Of a DNA stretch of 64,000 nt, positions 53,413 to 62,331 are shown piece by piece (within the stretch, counting starts at the first letter, position 1; each line of letters starts with the position of its first letter). The DNA comes from Klebsiella pneumoniae (GTDB lineage Bacteria > Pseudomonadota > Gammaproteobacteria > Pseudomonadales > UBA5518). The translations under genes and the position numbers were made by a program. The stretch spans positions 164,139 to 228,138 of the forward strand of contig CAMAXE010000003.1 in assembly GCA_945862145.1 (NCBI GenBank), written 5' to 3'. The notes under the pieces are model-generated. The model had not been told where the DNA came from. It ran no database searches and worked only from the letters and a program-made list of their open reading frames with translations.

Positions 53413-54837
53413 GTGAACGCCCCTGATGCATACCGGCCTCTGCTGCCACAGGTGGCGCAACGCCATGTCCCCGACTCGTTGATCGAGCAGCTGCAGGCGC
53501 ATTTTGGCGCGCGTTGTTCCACCGGGCTCGCCGTGCGCGAGCAACACGGCCGCGACGAGTCCTCCTTCGATGTGCCACCGCCGGCAGCCGTCGTGTTCGT
53601 CCAGAGCACCGAGGAAGTGGCCGAGGTGGTGCGGCTCGCGGCGGCGCATGCCGTGCCCATCATTCCCTTCGGTGTGGGTTCCTCGCTCGAGGGGCATCTG
53701 CTGGCGGTGCAGGGTGGCATCAGCATCGATATGAACGGCATGAACCGTGTGCTCGCCGTGAACCCCGAGGACCTCACGGTGACCGTGCAGCCCGGCGTTA
53801 CGCGCAAGCAAGTCAACGATGAGCTGCGCAGCCACGGTTTGTTTTTTCCCATCGATCCGGGGGCTGTTGCATCGATCGGCGGCATGACCGCCACGCGCGC
53901 GAGCGGCACCAACGCCGTGCGCTACGGCACCATGCGCGAGAACGTGCTGGCGCTCGAGGTGGTCACGGCCGCCGGTGAGGTGATCCGCACGGGAACCCGC
54001 GCGCGCAAGTCGAGTGCAGGTTATGACCTGACGCGGCTCTTCGTGGGCAGCGAGGGCACGCTCGGCGTGATCACTGCGATCACGCTGCGGATCTATCCGC
54101 TGCCTGAGGCGATCTCGGCGGCGATCTGCTCGTTTCCATCGCTCGAAGCGGCGGTGCGCACCACCATCCAGATCATCCAGTTGGGCGTGCCGATCGCGCG
54201 GGTCGAACTGATTGACCGCCACGCGGTGCGCGCTGTAAACCGCCACTCCGGCCTCGCGCTGCGCGAGGAGCCGCTGCTGCTGATGGAGTTTCACGGTTCG
54301 CCCGCCGGCGTGGAGGAGCAGGCCCGGACCGTTCAAGAGATCGCCCGCGATTTCGACGGGCGTGATTTCGAGTGGGCCCTGACACCCGAGGAGCGCACTC
54401 GCCTGTGGACCGCACGCCACAACGCCTATTTTGCCGGCGTGCAGTCACGCCCGGGTTGCCGCGTGATCACCACCGATGTCTGCGTGCCGATCAGCCGTCT
54501 GGCCGATTGCCTGCTGGAGTCCGTTGACGAAGCCGAGGCGAGCGGGATCCCCTATTTTCTGGTCGGGCATGTGGGCGATGGCAATTTCCACTTCGGTTAC
54601 CTGATCGACCCGGCGAGCAGCACCGAGCGCGAGACTGCGGAGGCCTTGAATCACCGGCTCGTCGAACGCGCCCTGCGGCTTGATGGCACCTGCACCGGCG
54701 AGCATGGCGTGGGGCTGCACAAGATGGACTTTCTCGAGAGCGAGGCGGGGGAGGGCGCGGTGGCGATGATGCGCACGCTGAAACGCGCGTTAGATCCCCT
54801 GAACATCATGAATCCCGGCAAGATCTTTGTGCTCTGA
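53413..54837 (+). CDS. FAD-linked oxidase (D-lactate dehydrogenase / GlcD-like)
   Basis: FAD_binding_4 pattern (VVFVQSTEEVAEVVRLAAAHAVPIIPFGVGSSLEGH) and C-terminal GTCTGEHGVGLHK. A GTG start at 53413 follows GGAG. The longest ORF starts at 53236. Confidence 0.88.
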   Translation: MNAPDAYRPLLPQVAQRHVPDSLIEQLQAHFGARCSTGLAVREQHGRDESSFDVPPPAAVVFVQSTEEVAEVVRLAAAHAVPIIPFGVGSSLEGHLLAVQGGISIDMNGMNRVLAVNPEDLTVTVQPGVTRKQVNDELRSHGLFFPIDPGAVASIGGMTATRASGTNAVRYGTMRENVLALEVVTAAGEVIRTGTRARKSSAGYDLTRLFVGSEGTLGVITAITLRIYPLPEAISAAICSFPSLEAAVRTTIQIIQLGVPIARVELIDRHAVRAVNRHSGLALREEPLLLMEFHGSPAGVEEQARTVQEIARDFDGRDFEWALTPEERTRLWTARHNAYFAGVQSRPGCRVITTDVCVPISRLADCLLESVDEAEASGIPYFLVGHVGDGNFHFGYLIDPASSTERETAEALNHRLVERALRLDGTCTGEHGVGLHKMDFLESEAGEGAVAMMRTLKRALDPLNIMNPGKIFVL

Positions 54838-54945
54838 GCCCTGAGCGATCCGGCGGACAACGACTGGCGGCGTTTCTCAGAGCGATGCGGCCGCGCGGGC
54901 CAACTGCTCCGCTATACTCCGGCCGCAACCCCCAGGAAATTCCTC

Positions 54946-55542
54946 ATGAACCGTATTCTGACTCTGCTATTGCTTGGTGTATGCATCACGCTTGCCGGCT
55001 GCGAGAGCGCCCCGAAAGTCAGCACGGACTACAACACGGCCTATGACTTCGCCGGCAAGAAGCGCCTCGCGGTCCTCGATCCGGAAACCGCGATGGCAGT
55101 CCTCGGCAAGCCGGTCCTGGGGCCGGGCATGAACGGCCTGATGTCTCGACGCCTGACAAAAACCATCGAGAAGGAACTGCAGGCGCGTGGCTACGAGTTG
55201 GTGCTGTCGAAGCAGGCCGACATGATCGTGACCTTCTTCGTGACCTCGCAGAACAAGATGCACGTGAACAGCTACAACAACGGTTTCGGCTACCGTCGTT
55301 GCTGGGATGCCTACCGCTGCGCCGCGTTTGCCAGCCCCCAGGTCGACGTGAAGAACTACACAGAGGGCACGTTGTTCATCGATTTCATCGACCCGAAGGA
55401 AAAGATGCTGGAGTGGCGCGGCGTGACCAGCAAGCGCCTGCCCTCCAAGGCCAACGTATCGATCAGCGAGCGTGACAAGCTCGCCGCAGAGGTGGTGGGG
55501 GCCATACTGGCCAAATATCCGCCGGGCGCTTCCAAAAACTGA
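54946..55542 (+). CDS. DUF4136-type lipoprotein
   Basis: Lipobox LLLLGVCITLAGC. 198 aa. Confidence 0.7.
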   Translation: MNRILTLLLLGVCITLAGCESAPKVSTDYNTAYDFAGKKRLAVLDPETAMAVLGKPVLGPGMNGLMSRRLTKTIEKELQARGYELVLSKQADMIVTFFVTSQNKMHVNSYNNGFGYRRCWDAYRCAAFASPQVDVKNYTEGTLFIDFIDPKEKMLEWRGVTSKRLPSKANVSISERDKLAAEVVGAILAKYPPGASKN

Positions 55543-55558
55543 AGCCGCGGTCGGCGCA

Positions 55559-55583
55559 CCCCGTGCCCTTGCGTGGCACGGGG
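55559..55583. terminator. GC hairpin between convergent genes
   Basis: CCCCGTGCC-cttgcgt-GGCACGGGG. No strong U-tract. Confidence 0.4.
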
Positions 55584-55596
55584 CCTTGCTAGCGCC

Positions 55597-56235
55597 TCAG
55601 GAGAGCTTGCCGCTCTCGCCGTACTTCGATAACAGCAGGTGGCGCTTGCCGCCTGCCGCGGTGTCCTCGGCGCGCTCCATCTCATCGAATTCGCTTTCTG
55701 CCGTGCCGTTCATTTGCTCGGCGGCAGCCTCGGGCCGCTTCTCCCCGGCCTGCTCCGATCCCAACACGCTGTTCACGATGTTACCGATGTCGCGGTTCAG
55801 CGCCGGGTTGTCGTCGTTCATATTAACGCCGATCGCGAAGCTCTCGAGCGCGTCCTCGGTCTTCTCATCGATCAGTTGCATGCAGCCAACGGCAAAGTGG
55901 TAGAGGTAGGCTTCGGGGCCTAGCTCGATCAGGGGCTCCCACGCGTTCTTCGCTTCCTGAATCAGGCTCTGCGAGAGAAACAACAGCCCGAGCTGGAAGT
56001 GCGCTGTCCACAGCGTGGGCTCGAGTTCCACCGCTCGCTGCATCCCTTCGATGGCCCGCTGCATCATGCCGAGCTCGGCGTATTCGGCTGCCAGGATGTA
56101 AATGCTCTTGGCTTGCGGCTGCAATGCGATGGAGCGCTTGAGATACGTGATGGTCTTGTCGCGGTCACCTTCCTCGCTGGCTTTCATTGCGAGGTGAAAG
56201 AGCTCTTCGGCGTCCAGGTCGATCATCGGGCGCAC
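55597..56235 (-). CDS. Tetratricopeptide-repeat protein with an acidic C-terminal tail
   Basis: Three to four TPR-like helices (AEYAELGMMQRAIEGMQRAVELEP, AHFQLGLLFLSQSLIQEAKNAWEP). Divergent from fliQ. Confidence 0.75.
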   Translation of the reverse strand: MRPMIDLDAEELFHLAMKASEEGDRDKTITYLKRSIALQPQAKSIYILAAEYAELGMMQRAIEGMQRAVELEPTLWTAHFQLGLLFLSQSLIQEAKNAWEPLIELGPEAYLYHFAVGCMQLIDEKTEDALESFAIGVNMNDDNPALNRDIGNIVNSVLGSEQAGEKRPEAAAEQMNGTAESEFDEMERAEDTAAGGKRHLLLSKYGESGKLS

Positions 56236-56326
56236 TCCTCGTTTGCCTGTTGACTGGCGCCCCGGGTAAGTGGAGTCCGGGCCTTATGCCAGTTCGCGAA
56301 GTATAGGTCCGTGGTGCGGCCAGTGA

Positions 56327-56344
56327 ACCCGACCTAGGTCGGGT
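56327..56344. promoter_or_regulatory. Perfect 18-bp palindrome upstream of fliQ
   Basis: ACCCGACCTAGGTCGGGT, read directly. It lies in the 223-bp divergent spacer between the TPR gene and fliQ. Confidence 0.35.
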
Positions 56345-56458
56345 GCGGCGTGAGGGTGACGTCGCTAAGGTGCCCGAGGAACAGATTCCACCGGTCGCGG
56401 CGATGCGTCGGGCAGGGCATCAATGGCTGTGGCTGTCGCGGTGATGGGAGGGGAGCAT

Positions 56459-56725
56459 ATGAACACCGATCTCGCGCTGGCGCTGACCAGCGACATGCTG
56501 ATGACGGCACTCGCCGTCTCGATGCCCATCCTCGGTGTGGCCCTGGTGGTCGGTCTTGCAGTGAGCATCCTGCAGGTCGTGACACAGATCCAGGAAATGA
56601 CGCTCACCTTCGTGCCCAAGGTCCTTGCCGTCGGTGCCACCGTGCTCCTGTTCGGGCACTGGATGCTGACCACGCTGGCGAACTACGCCACGGCACTGTT
56701 CTCCAACATTCCTTCGTATTTCTGA
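56459..56725 (+). CDS. fliQ: Flagellar export gate protein FliQ
   Basis: 88 aa. SILQVVTQIQEMTLTFVPKVLAV..LFSNIP is colinear with Salmonella FliQ. SD GGGAGGGGAG. Confidence 0.92.
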   Translation: MNTDLALALTSDMLMTALAVSMPILGVALVVGLAVSILQVVTQIQEMTLTFVPKVLAVGATVLLFGHWMLTTLANYATALFSNIPSYF

Positions 56726-56739
56726 ACGAGGAACGCACC

Positions 56740-57504
56740 GTGGTGTTCGAGGTGGATACAGCGTGGCTCATGACGGTCGTCCTCGTGACGATCCGCTTGG
56801 GCGTGCTGTTTTTCGCCACCCCGTTGGACGGTGTGGGTCATCTGCCGGCACAGGTCAGGATCTACATCACGGTGGCGCTGGCGGTCATGCTGGTCGGTGT
56901 GAACGGCGCGAGCCTGCAAGCGGTGCCTTCGAGCGTGCCGCAGCTGGTGGCCTTCGGGCTTAACGAGGCCCTGATCGGACTGGTGATGGCCTTTGGGCTG
57001 TATTGCGTAGTCGGGTCAGTGATGGTCGCGGGCAAGCTGATCGACTTCCAGGCCGGATTCGGCGCCGCCGAGATCCTGAACCCCGCCACGAGTTCCTCGA
57101 ACCCGCTCACGGGCACGGTGCTGTCGCTGGTGATGGTCACGGTGTTCATAGCCACGGGCGCCTACCAGCTCGCGCTGAAGGGCGTGGCATGGTCGCTCAG
57201 TGTCTCGCCACCGGGGGCCGCCCTCGGTGTGCTGCCCTTGGACATCATTGTCAAGCAGTTCGGTCTCACCTACCTCTACGGTTTTGTGATTGCAGCACCC
57301 GTGATCGGCGTGTTGCTGCTGCTCGAGACCGGGCTCGCCATCATGGGCCGCTCGATGCCGCAGATGAACGTGTATTTCCTGTTTCTTCCGCTGAAGATCG
57401 GCGTGGCACTGGCCCTCATGGCCATTGCGCTCAGGTACCTGGCGCCCGTGCTGGAGCGGTTGTTCCTGGCCACGCTGCGTTACTGGCAGCACGCGCTCGC
57501 CTGA
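56740..57504 (+). CDS. fliR: Flagellar export gate protein FliR
   Basis: GTG start after GAGGAA. 254 aa, polytopic. The N-terminal part of ORF 56350..57504 is an out-of-frame overlap with fliQ. Confidence 0.85.
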   Translation: MVFEVDTAWLMTVVLVTIRLGVLFFATPLDGVGHLPAQVRIYITVALAVMLVGVNGASLQAVPSSVPQLVAFGLNEALIGLVMAFGLYCVVGSVMVAGKLIDFQAGFGAAEILNPATSSSNPLTGTVLSLVMVTVFIATGAYQLALKGVAWSLSVSPPGAALGVLPLDIIVKQFGLTYLYGFVIAAPVIGVLLLLETGLAIMGRSMPQMNVYFLFLPLKIGVALALMAIALRYLAPVLERLFLATLRYWQHALA

Positions 57505-57528
57505 CACGGAACACGGAACCCACCCATC

Positions 57529-58611
57529 ATGGCCGACGAACCCGACAAGTCAGAACAGACCGAACCTGCCACGCCGTTCAAGCTGCAGGACGCCCGTGAG
57601 AAAGGGTCGGTCGCCAAGAGCATGGAGGTGAACTCCTTCATGGTTATGCTGGCCGGGCTGATTTTTCTGCTGGCCGCCGGCAAGAGTTTCGTCGACGGCA
57701 CGCTCGCCTTGTGCGCGCGGATTTTCCGCAGCGCGGGAACACTCGACTTCGATCTGCCACGTCTCCTGAAGACGGGTTCGGGCTGGGGTATCGGGGGCAT
57801 CGAGATACTCGCCCCTCTGGTGTCCTTGATCGTGGTCGTGGGCATCCTCTCGACCTTCGTGCAGATCGGCCCGGTGTTCAGTTTCTTTCCGATCAAGCCC
57901 GACATCCAGCGCATCAACCCGGTCGCCGGCTTCAAGCGGCTGTTCTCCATCAAGCTTCTCTACGAGGCGCTGAAGAGCTTTCTCAAGCTCGGCCTCTTCG
58001 GCGCGGTGCTCTGGTTCACGCTCACCGACATGGTGAAGCCCCTGCTCGGGCTCTACAGCCGCGATCACAGCCGGTATGTGGATTTCTTCAATGATCTCTC
58101 GGCCAGCCTGATTTTCCGCATGCTGTTGGTGGCGGCAGTCATTGCGGCGGCGGATCTGCTCTACACGCGCTGGGAGTTCCAGAAAAAGATGCGGATGAGC
58201 CGCAAGGAACTGAAAGACGAATACAAACGGCGCGAGGGCGATCCGGCCATTCGCCAGAAGCGCAAGGCACTCGAGCGCGAACTGCGCAAGCGCAGCGAGA
58301 CACTCGGCAATGTGCCCGAGGCCGATCTGGTCATCACCAACCCGACGCGGTTCGCGGTGGTGCTTAAGTACGACCGCAGCACCATGATCGCCCCGGTGCT
58401 CACCGGCAAGGGCACCGGCGAGATGGCGCGCCTGATCCGCGAAAAGGCCTATCAGCACAAGGTGCCGGTGATCAATTCACCCGAGCTTGCCCGACGACTC
58501 TTCAAGACCTGCCAGATGAACGCCGCGATCGCGCAGGACAACTACGTGGCGGTAGCGCGGGTGTTCCGGCAGGTCTACCGGATGCGTGAGGAGCGGGGGG
58601 CCGTGGCATGA
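57529..58611 (+). CDS. flhB: Flagellar export switch protein FlhB
   Basis: SEQTEPATPFKLQDAREKGSVAKS at the N-terminus and four TM segments. The C-domain carries the autocleavage-site region VITNPTRFAVVLKY. Confidence 0.92.
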   Translation: MADEPDKSEQTEPATPFKLQDAREKGSVAKSMEVNSFMVMLAGLIFLLAAGKSFVDGTLALCARIFRSAGTLDFDLPRLLKTGSGWGIGGIEILAPLVSLIVVVGILSTFVQIGPVFSFFPIKPDIQRINPVAGFKRLFSIKLLYEALKSFLKLGLFGAVLWFTLTDMVKPLLGLYSRDHSRYVDFFNDLSASLIFRMLLVAAVIAAADLLYTRWEFQKKMRMSRKELKDEYKRREGDPAIRQKRKALERELRKRSETLGNVPEADLVITNPTRFAVVLKYDRSTMIAPVLTGKGTGEMARLIREKAYQHKVPVINSPELARRLFKTCQMNAAIAQDNYVAVARVFRQVYRMREERGAVA

Positions 58612-60767
58612 GCCAGCAGAGCGTTGGCCGGCAGCTGATCGGCTCACCGAGCGAGGTGACGCTGGTTGCCGCGATGATGGGCATCCTGCTCGTGCTGTTC
58701 ACGCCTATCCCGAGCCCACTGCTCGATTTCCTGTTGCTGCTCAACGTGAGTTTCGGGTTGCTGATCCTGCTGCTCACGTTCTACATGGACAAGCCGCTGG
58801 CCTTCTCCACCTTTCCCTCGCTGCTGCTGATCGCGACGCTGTTCCGTCTCTCGCTGAACATCGCCGCCACGCGCCTGATCCTCGCCAATGGCGATGCCGG
58901 TCACGTGATCGCTGCGGTGGGCGAGTACGTGGTGGGCGGCAACTACGTGATCGGCCTCGTGGTGTTTTTCATCCTGATCGTGGTGCAGTACGTCGTGGTC
59001 ACCAACGGCGCGCAGCGGGTAGCCGAGGTGGCGGCACGCTTTACGCTGGACAGCATGCCCGGCAAGCAGATGAGTATCGACGCTGACCTCAACATGGGCC
59101 TCATCGACGAGGCCGAGGCACAGACGCGACGCAAGAACGTCGAGCGCGAGGCAAACTTCTACGGTTCCATGGATGGGGCGAGCAAGTTCGTCAAGGGCGA
59201 TGCCATCGCCGGCATCCTGATCATCCTGATCAACATCATCGGCGGCCTCACGGTGGGCGTTGCGCAACAGGGCATGAGCTGGGCCGATGCGCTGCAGCAC
59301 TACACGTTGCTCACCGTGGGCGACGGCATCGTCACCCAGATACCGGCGCTGGTGATCTCGACCGCCACCGGCATCATCGTGACGCGCGCGGCCACCGATG
59401 CGCATCTGAGCGAGGAGATCTCCAACCAGGTCGCCAAGTACCCCAAGAGCCTGGTGATGCTCGGCCTTGCGCTCGTCTGCCTGATGTTGCTGCCGGGGAT
59501 ACCGGTGTGGCCGGTGCTGACGATTCTCCTGTTCGTGGTGCTGGCGGCGTATTTCTCCCTGCGGCGCAACCGTCGCCTTGAACAGGCCGCCACCGAGACC
59601 TCGGTGAGCGAGACGGTCGATGACCAGGACCTCTACGCCCAGATCAGCGTCGAGCCTATCGAGGTTGCCGTGGGCACCGCGCTGCTGCCGCTGTTCGGCG
59701 AGAAAGACGGCCTGCTGATGGAGAAGATCAAGGTTTTCCGCAAGCAGTACGCCAAGGACATGGGATTCGTGTTCCCCAGTGTGCGCCTGATCGGCGAGAG
59801 CAAGGGTGACGAGGAAAGCTACCAGATCTCGATTCACGACTCGCGCGTGGCAGCCGGCCAGATACACCCGTCGCGGATGCTGGCGATCAGCGCCTCGGCG
59901 CGTCCGAAGCCGATCGAGGGTATCGAGACCACCGATCCGACCTACGGCCTGCCGTCCGTGTGGATCGATCCGGTGCAGGTCTCGGAGGCGCGCAGCAATG
60001 GCTACACGGTGGTCGATCCGGTCACGGTGATGTTCACGCATTTCAGTGAGACCGTGCGGCGCCATGCACCCGAATTGCTGAACCGCGTCGAGACCGAACA
60101 GGTGGTGAAGCGGGTGAAGACCGCGCAGGCCAATCTCTACGAGGAACTGGTCCCGAACGTGATGACGCTGAGCGACATCCAGAAGGTACTGCAGCGTCTG
60201 CTCGCGGAGAAGGTCTCGATACGCAACATCTCGCTGATCCTCGAGACGCTGGTCGACCAGGGCAAGCGCAGCAAGGATGTCGAGGAACTCGCCGAGAGCG
60301 TACGGCGCAGCCTGGGCCGCCCGATCTGCGAGAGCCTTCTCGGTCCTGAGGGCGATCTCAAGGTGATGACCATGGATCCCGCCATCGAGCACGTGCTGCA
60401 ACTCGGCCTGCGCTCGGCCGAGGGCGGCATCACCCTGATGGTCGACCCGCGCACCTCCGAACGGCTGCTCGCCGAGCTCGACAAGATGAGCGAGAAAATG
60501 ATGCTGCAGAACCTGCAGCCGGTGCTGCTGTGCTCGAGCTCGCTGCGGCGCCACGTGAAGAAACTTCTGGATCGTGTGTTGCCGCACGTCGCCGTGCTGG
60601 CCATGAACGAAGTACCCGGCAGCATCACCATCGGCTCTTTTGGCGTGGTGAAGATCGACCGCAGCATCATCGACCGCGACCGGGTGGTCGAGTCGCGCGA
60701 GCTGCCTGATGCCGTGCCGAACACCTTGCTCGCCACCCCCTTGCCGATTCCCGGAGGAGCCATCTGA
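58608..60767 (+). CDS. flhA: Flagellar export apparatus protein FlhA
   Basis: 719 aa. FPSLLLIATLFRLSLNIAATRLIL, and MPGKQMSIDADL in the FHIPEP region. ATGA overlap with flhB. Confidence 0.95.
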   Translation: MSQQSVGRQLIGSPSEVTLVAAMMGILLVLFTPIPSPLLDFLLLLNVSFGLLILLLTFYMDKPLAFSTFPSLLLIATLFRLSLNIAATRLILANGDAGHVIAAVGEYVVGGNYVIGLVVFFILIVVQYVVVTNGAQRVAEVAARFTLDSMPGKQMSIDADLNMGLIDEAEAQTRRKNVEREANFYGSMDGASKFVKGDAIAGILIILINIIGGLTVGVAQQGMSWADALQHYTLLTVGDGIVTQIPALVISTATGIIVTRAATDAHLSEEISNQVAKYPKSLVMLGLALVCLMLLPGIPVWPVLTILLFVVLAAYFSLRRNRRLEQAATETSVSETVDDQDLYAQISVEPIEVAVGTALLPLFGEKDGLLMEKIKVFRKQYAKDMGFVFPSVRLIGESKGDEESYQISIHDSRVAAGQIHPSRMLAISASARPKPIEGIETTDPTYGLPSVWIDPVQVSEARSNGYTVVDPVTVMFTHFSETVRRHAPELLNRVETEQVVKRVKTAQANLYEELVPNVMTLSDIQKVLQRLLAEKVSIRNISLILETLVDQGKRSKDVEELAESVRRSLGRPICESLLGPEGDLKVMTMDPAIEHVLQLGLRSAEGGITLMVDPRTSERLLAELDKMSEKMMLQNLQPVLLCSSSLRRHVKKLLDRVLPHVAVLAMNEVPGSITIGSFGVVKIDRSIIDRDRVVESRELPDAVPNTLLATPLPIPGGAI

Positions 60768-61513
60768 TGACCGACGTTACTGCCGCGCTGTCGGTTGCGC
60801 TGAACAACGACCTGCAGGAGCTGCGCGCTATCTCGCAGAATCTCGCCAACGTGAGTACCAACGGGTACAAGCGCGAGGTCACCTACGTGACGGCCTTCCA
60901 GCGGGTGTTGGACGAGACCGCGCTCGACCAGTCGGTCGCGGGTGGTGGTCGCATCGAGGGCACGGCGCCGGAGCTCGGCGTGGTGCGTGACATGCAGCAG
61001 GGTGCGTTCAAGTACTCGGGCAACGCCTTCGAGCTCGCGCTACAGGGCGGGGGTTTCCTCTCGGTGGAGACTGCCGAGGGAACCCGCTACACGCGCAAGG
61101 GTGAAATGAAAATAGACGAGCAGGGCCGCCTCGCGCTGGTCTCAGGCCAGCCCGTGCTGGGTGAAGGCGGCGAGATATTTCTGCGCAACAGCCCCTTCAC
61201 CATCGGCAGCGACGGCATCGTCACGCAGGACGGCGTGGCGCTCGATCGCCTGAGCCTGAGCGCCTTCCGCGATGCCCGACTGCTCAATTACCAGGGCGAG
61301 GGGCTGTATGCGGCCCCCACTGGCGGCCCGGCATCGCCCGAGCCCTTCAAGGGCAAGGTGATGCAGGGCTTTGTCGAGACCTCCAACGTGAAGAGCGCTG
61401 ACGAGATGATCAGGCTGGTGGAGATCACGCGGCATTTCGAGACATCGCACAAAGTGATGAGCGGCTACGACGGCATGCTCGATAAAGCGATCAACGTATT
61501 GGGCGATTTGTAA
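60767..61513 (+). CDS. flgF: Flagellar basal-body rod protein FlgF
   Basis: ISQNLANVSTNGYKRE N-terminal rod motif and a C-terminal heptad region. 248 aa. Confidence 0.85.
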   Translation: MTDVTAALSVALNNDLQELRAISQNLANVSTNGYKREVTYVTAFQRVLDETALDQSVAGGGRIEGTAPELGVVRDMQQGAFKYSGNAFELALQGGGFLSVETAEGTRYTRKGEMKIDEQGRLALVSGQPVLGEGGEIFLRNSPFTIGSDGIVTQDGVALDRLSLSAFRDARLLNYQGEGLYAAPTGGPASPEPFKGKVMQGFVETSNVKSADEMIRLVEITRHFETSHKVMSGYDGMLDKAINVLGDL

Positions 61514-61538
61514 CTTCGAACCTCCGGGAGAAAAGACC

Positions 61539-62315
61539 ATGTTGGATGCACTGTATATCGCGGCCACGGGCATGCACGCCGAGCTGGCGCAGCTGGACAC
61601 CATCTCGAACAACCTCGCCAACCTGAACACCACGGCGTTCAAGAAAAGTAGCGTCTCTTTCGATGATCTGATGTATCGCGATGCTGCCTCGGCGAGCGCG
61701 CTCGACCGCGAGACCGGGCAGATGAAGACCGGCCTCGGTACGGGCATCGCGGGCATCACCAAGGATTTCGGCGTCGGCGATCTGCGCGCCACCGACAACC
61801 CGCTGGATATCGCCATCCGCGGGCTCGGCTTTCTCGAGGTGGACACCGGCAACGGGCAGACGGCCTACACCCGCAACGGCGCGTTAAAGATCGACAGCGA
61901 CGGCTACCTCGCCACCGTAGGCGGCCAGCGGCTGACGGGCAATATCCAGGTCCCGCCTGATTCCACCGACGTGTTCATTGCCGCCGACGGCGCGGTGTCG
62001 GTGCGTGTGAGCGGCGACGAGAAACTGCAGGAGATCGGCCGCATTGAGCTCGCGAGTTTCCTGAACCCCACCAGCCTCGAGGCGGTGGGCGACAACCTCT
62101 ACGTGCCCACCGAGGAGACCGGTGGCCTCGCGATGTCGGCCCCGGGTGAGGACGGTACCGGCCAGCTGGCGCAGCGCTTTCTTGAGGGCTCCAACGTGAG
62201 CCTGGTGACGGAGATGATGGCGCTGGTCGTGACCCAGCGCGCCTACGAGGTGAACTCGCAGGTGATCCGTGCGGCAGACGAAATGCTCCGCATCAACAAC
62301 AACCTGCGCGGCTGA
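61539..62315 (+). CDS. flgG: Flagellar distal rod protein FlgG
   Basis: MLDALYIAATGM..ISNNLANLNTTAFKK and C-terminal VVTQRAYEVNSQVIRAADEML. Confidence 0.93.
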   Translation: MLDALYIAATGMHAELAQLDTISNNLANLNTTAFKKSSVSFDDLMYRDAASASALDRETGQMKTGLGTGIAGITKDFGVGDLRATDNPLDIAIRGLGFLEVDTGNGQTAYTRNGALKIDSDGYLATVGGQRLTGNIQVPPDSTDVFIAADGAVSVRVSGDEKLQEIGRIELASFLNPTSLEAVGDNLYVPTEETGGLAMSAPGEDGTGQLAQRFLEGSNVSLVTEMMALVVTQRAYEVNSQVIRAADEMLRINNNLRG

Positions 62316-62331
62316 GCGCAGGGGTCAGGCG

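Noticed and set aside
52237-54420. A 727-aa minus-strand ORF
   Set aside because: It is antisense to two unrelated, well-supported plus-strand genes (rsuA-like and FAD-linked oxidase) and spans their intergenic gap. Its composition is Arg/Ala/Gly/His-rich with no recognisable motifs. This is a typical high-GC shadow ORF.
56350-56739. An N-terminal extension of FliR (the ORF starts at 56350, giving 384 aa)
   Set aside because: The extension overlaps fliQ in another frame and is hydrophilic and Arg-rich. FliR homologs are about 250-260 aa, and a GTG with a good SD lies at 56740.
58644-60587. A 647-aa minus-strand ORF
   Set aside because: It is antisense to flhA, whose identity is unambiguous, and its sequence is low-complexity and Arg/His/Asp-rich.
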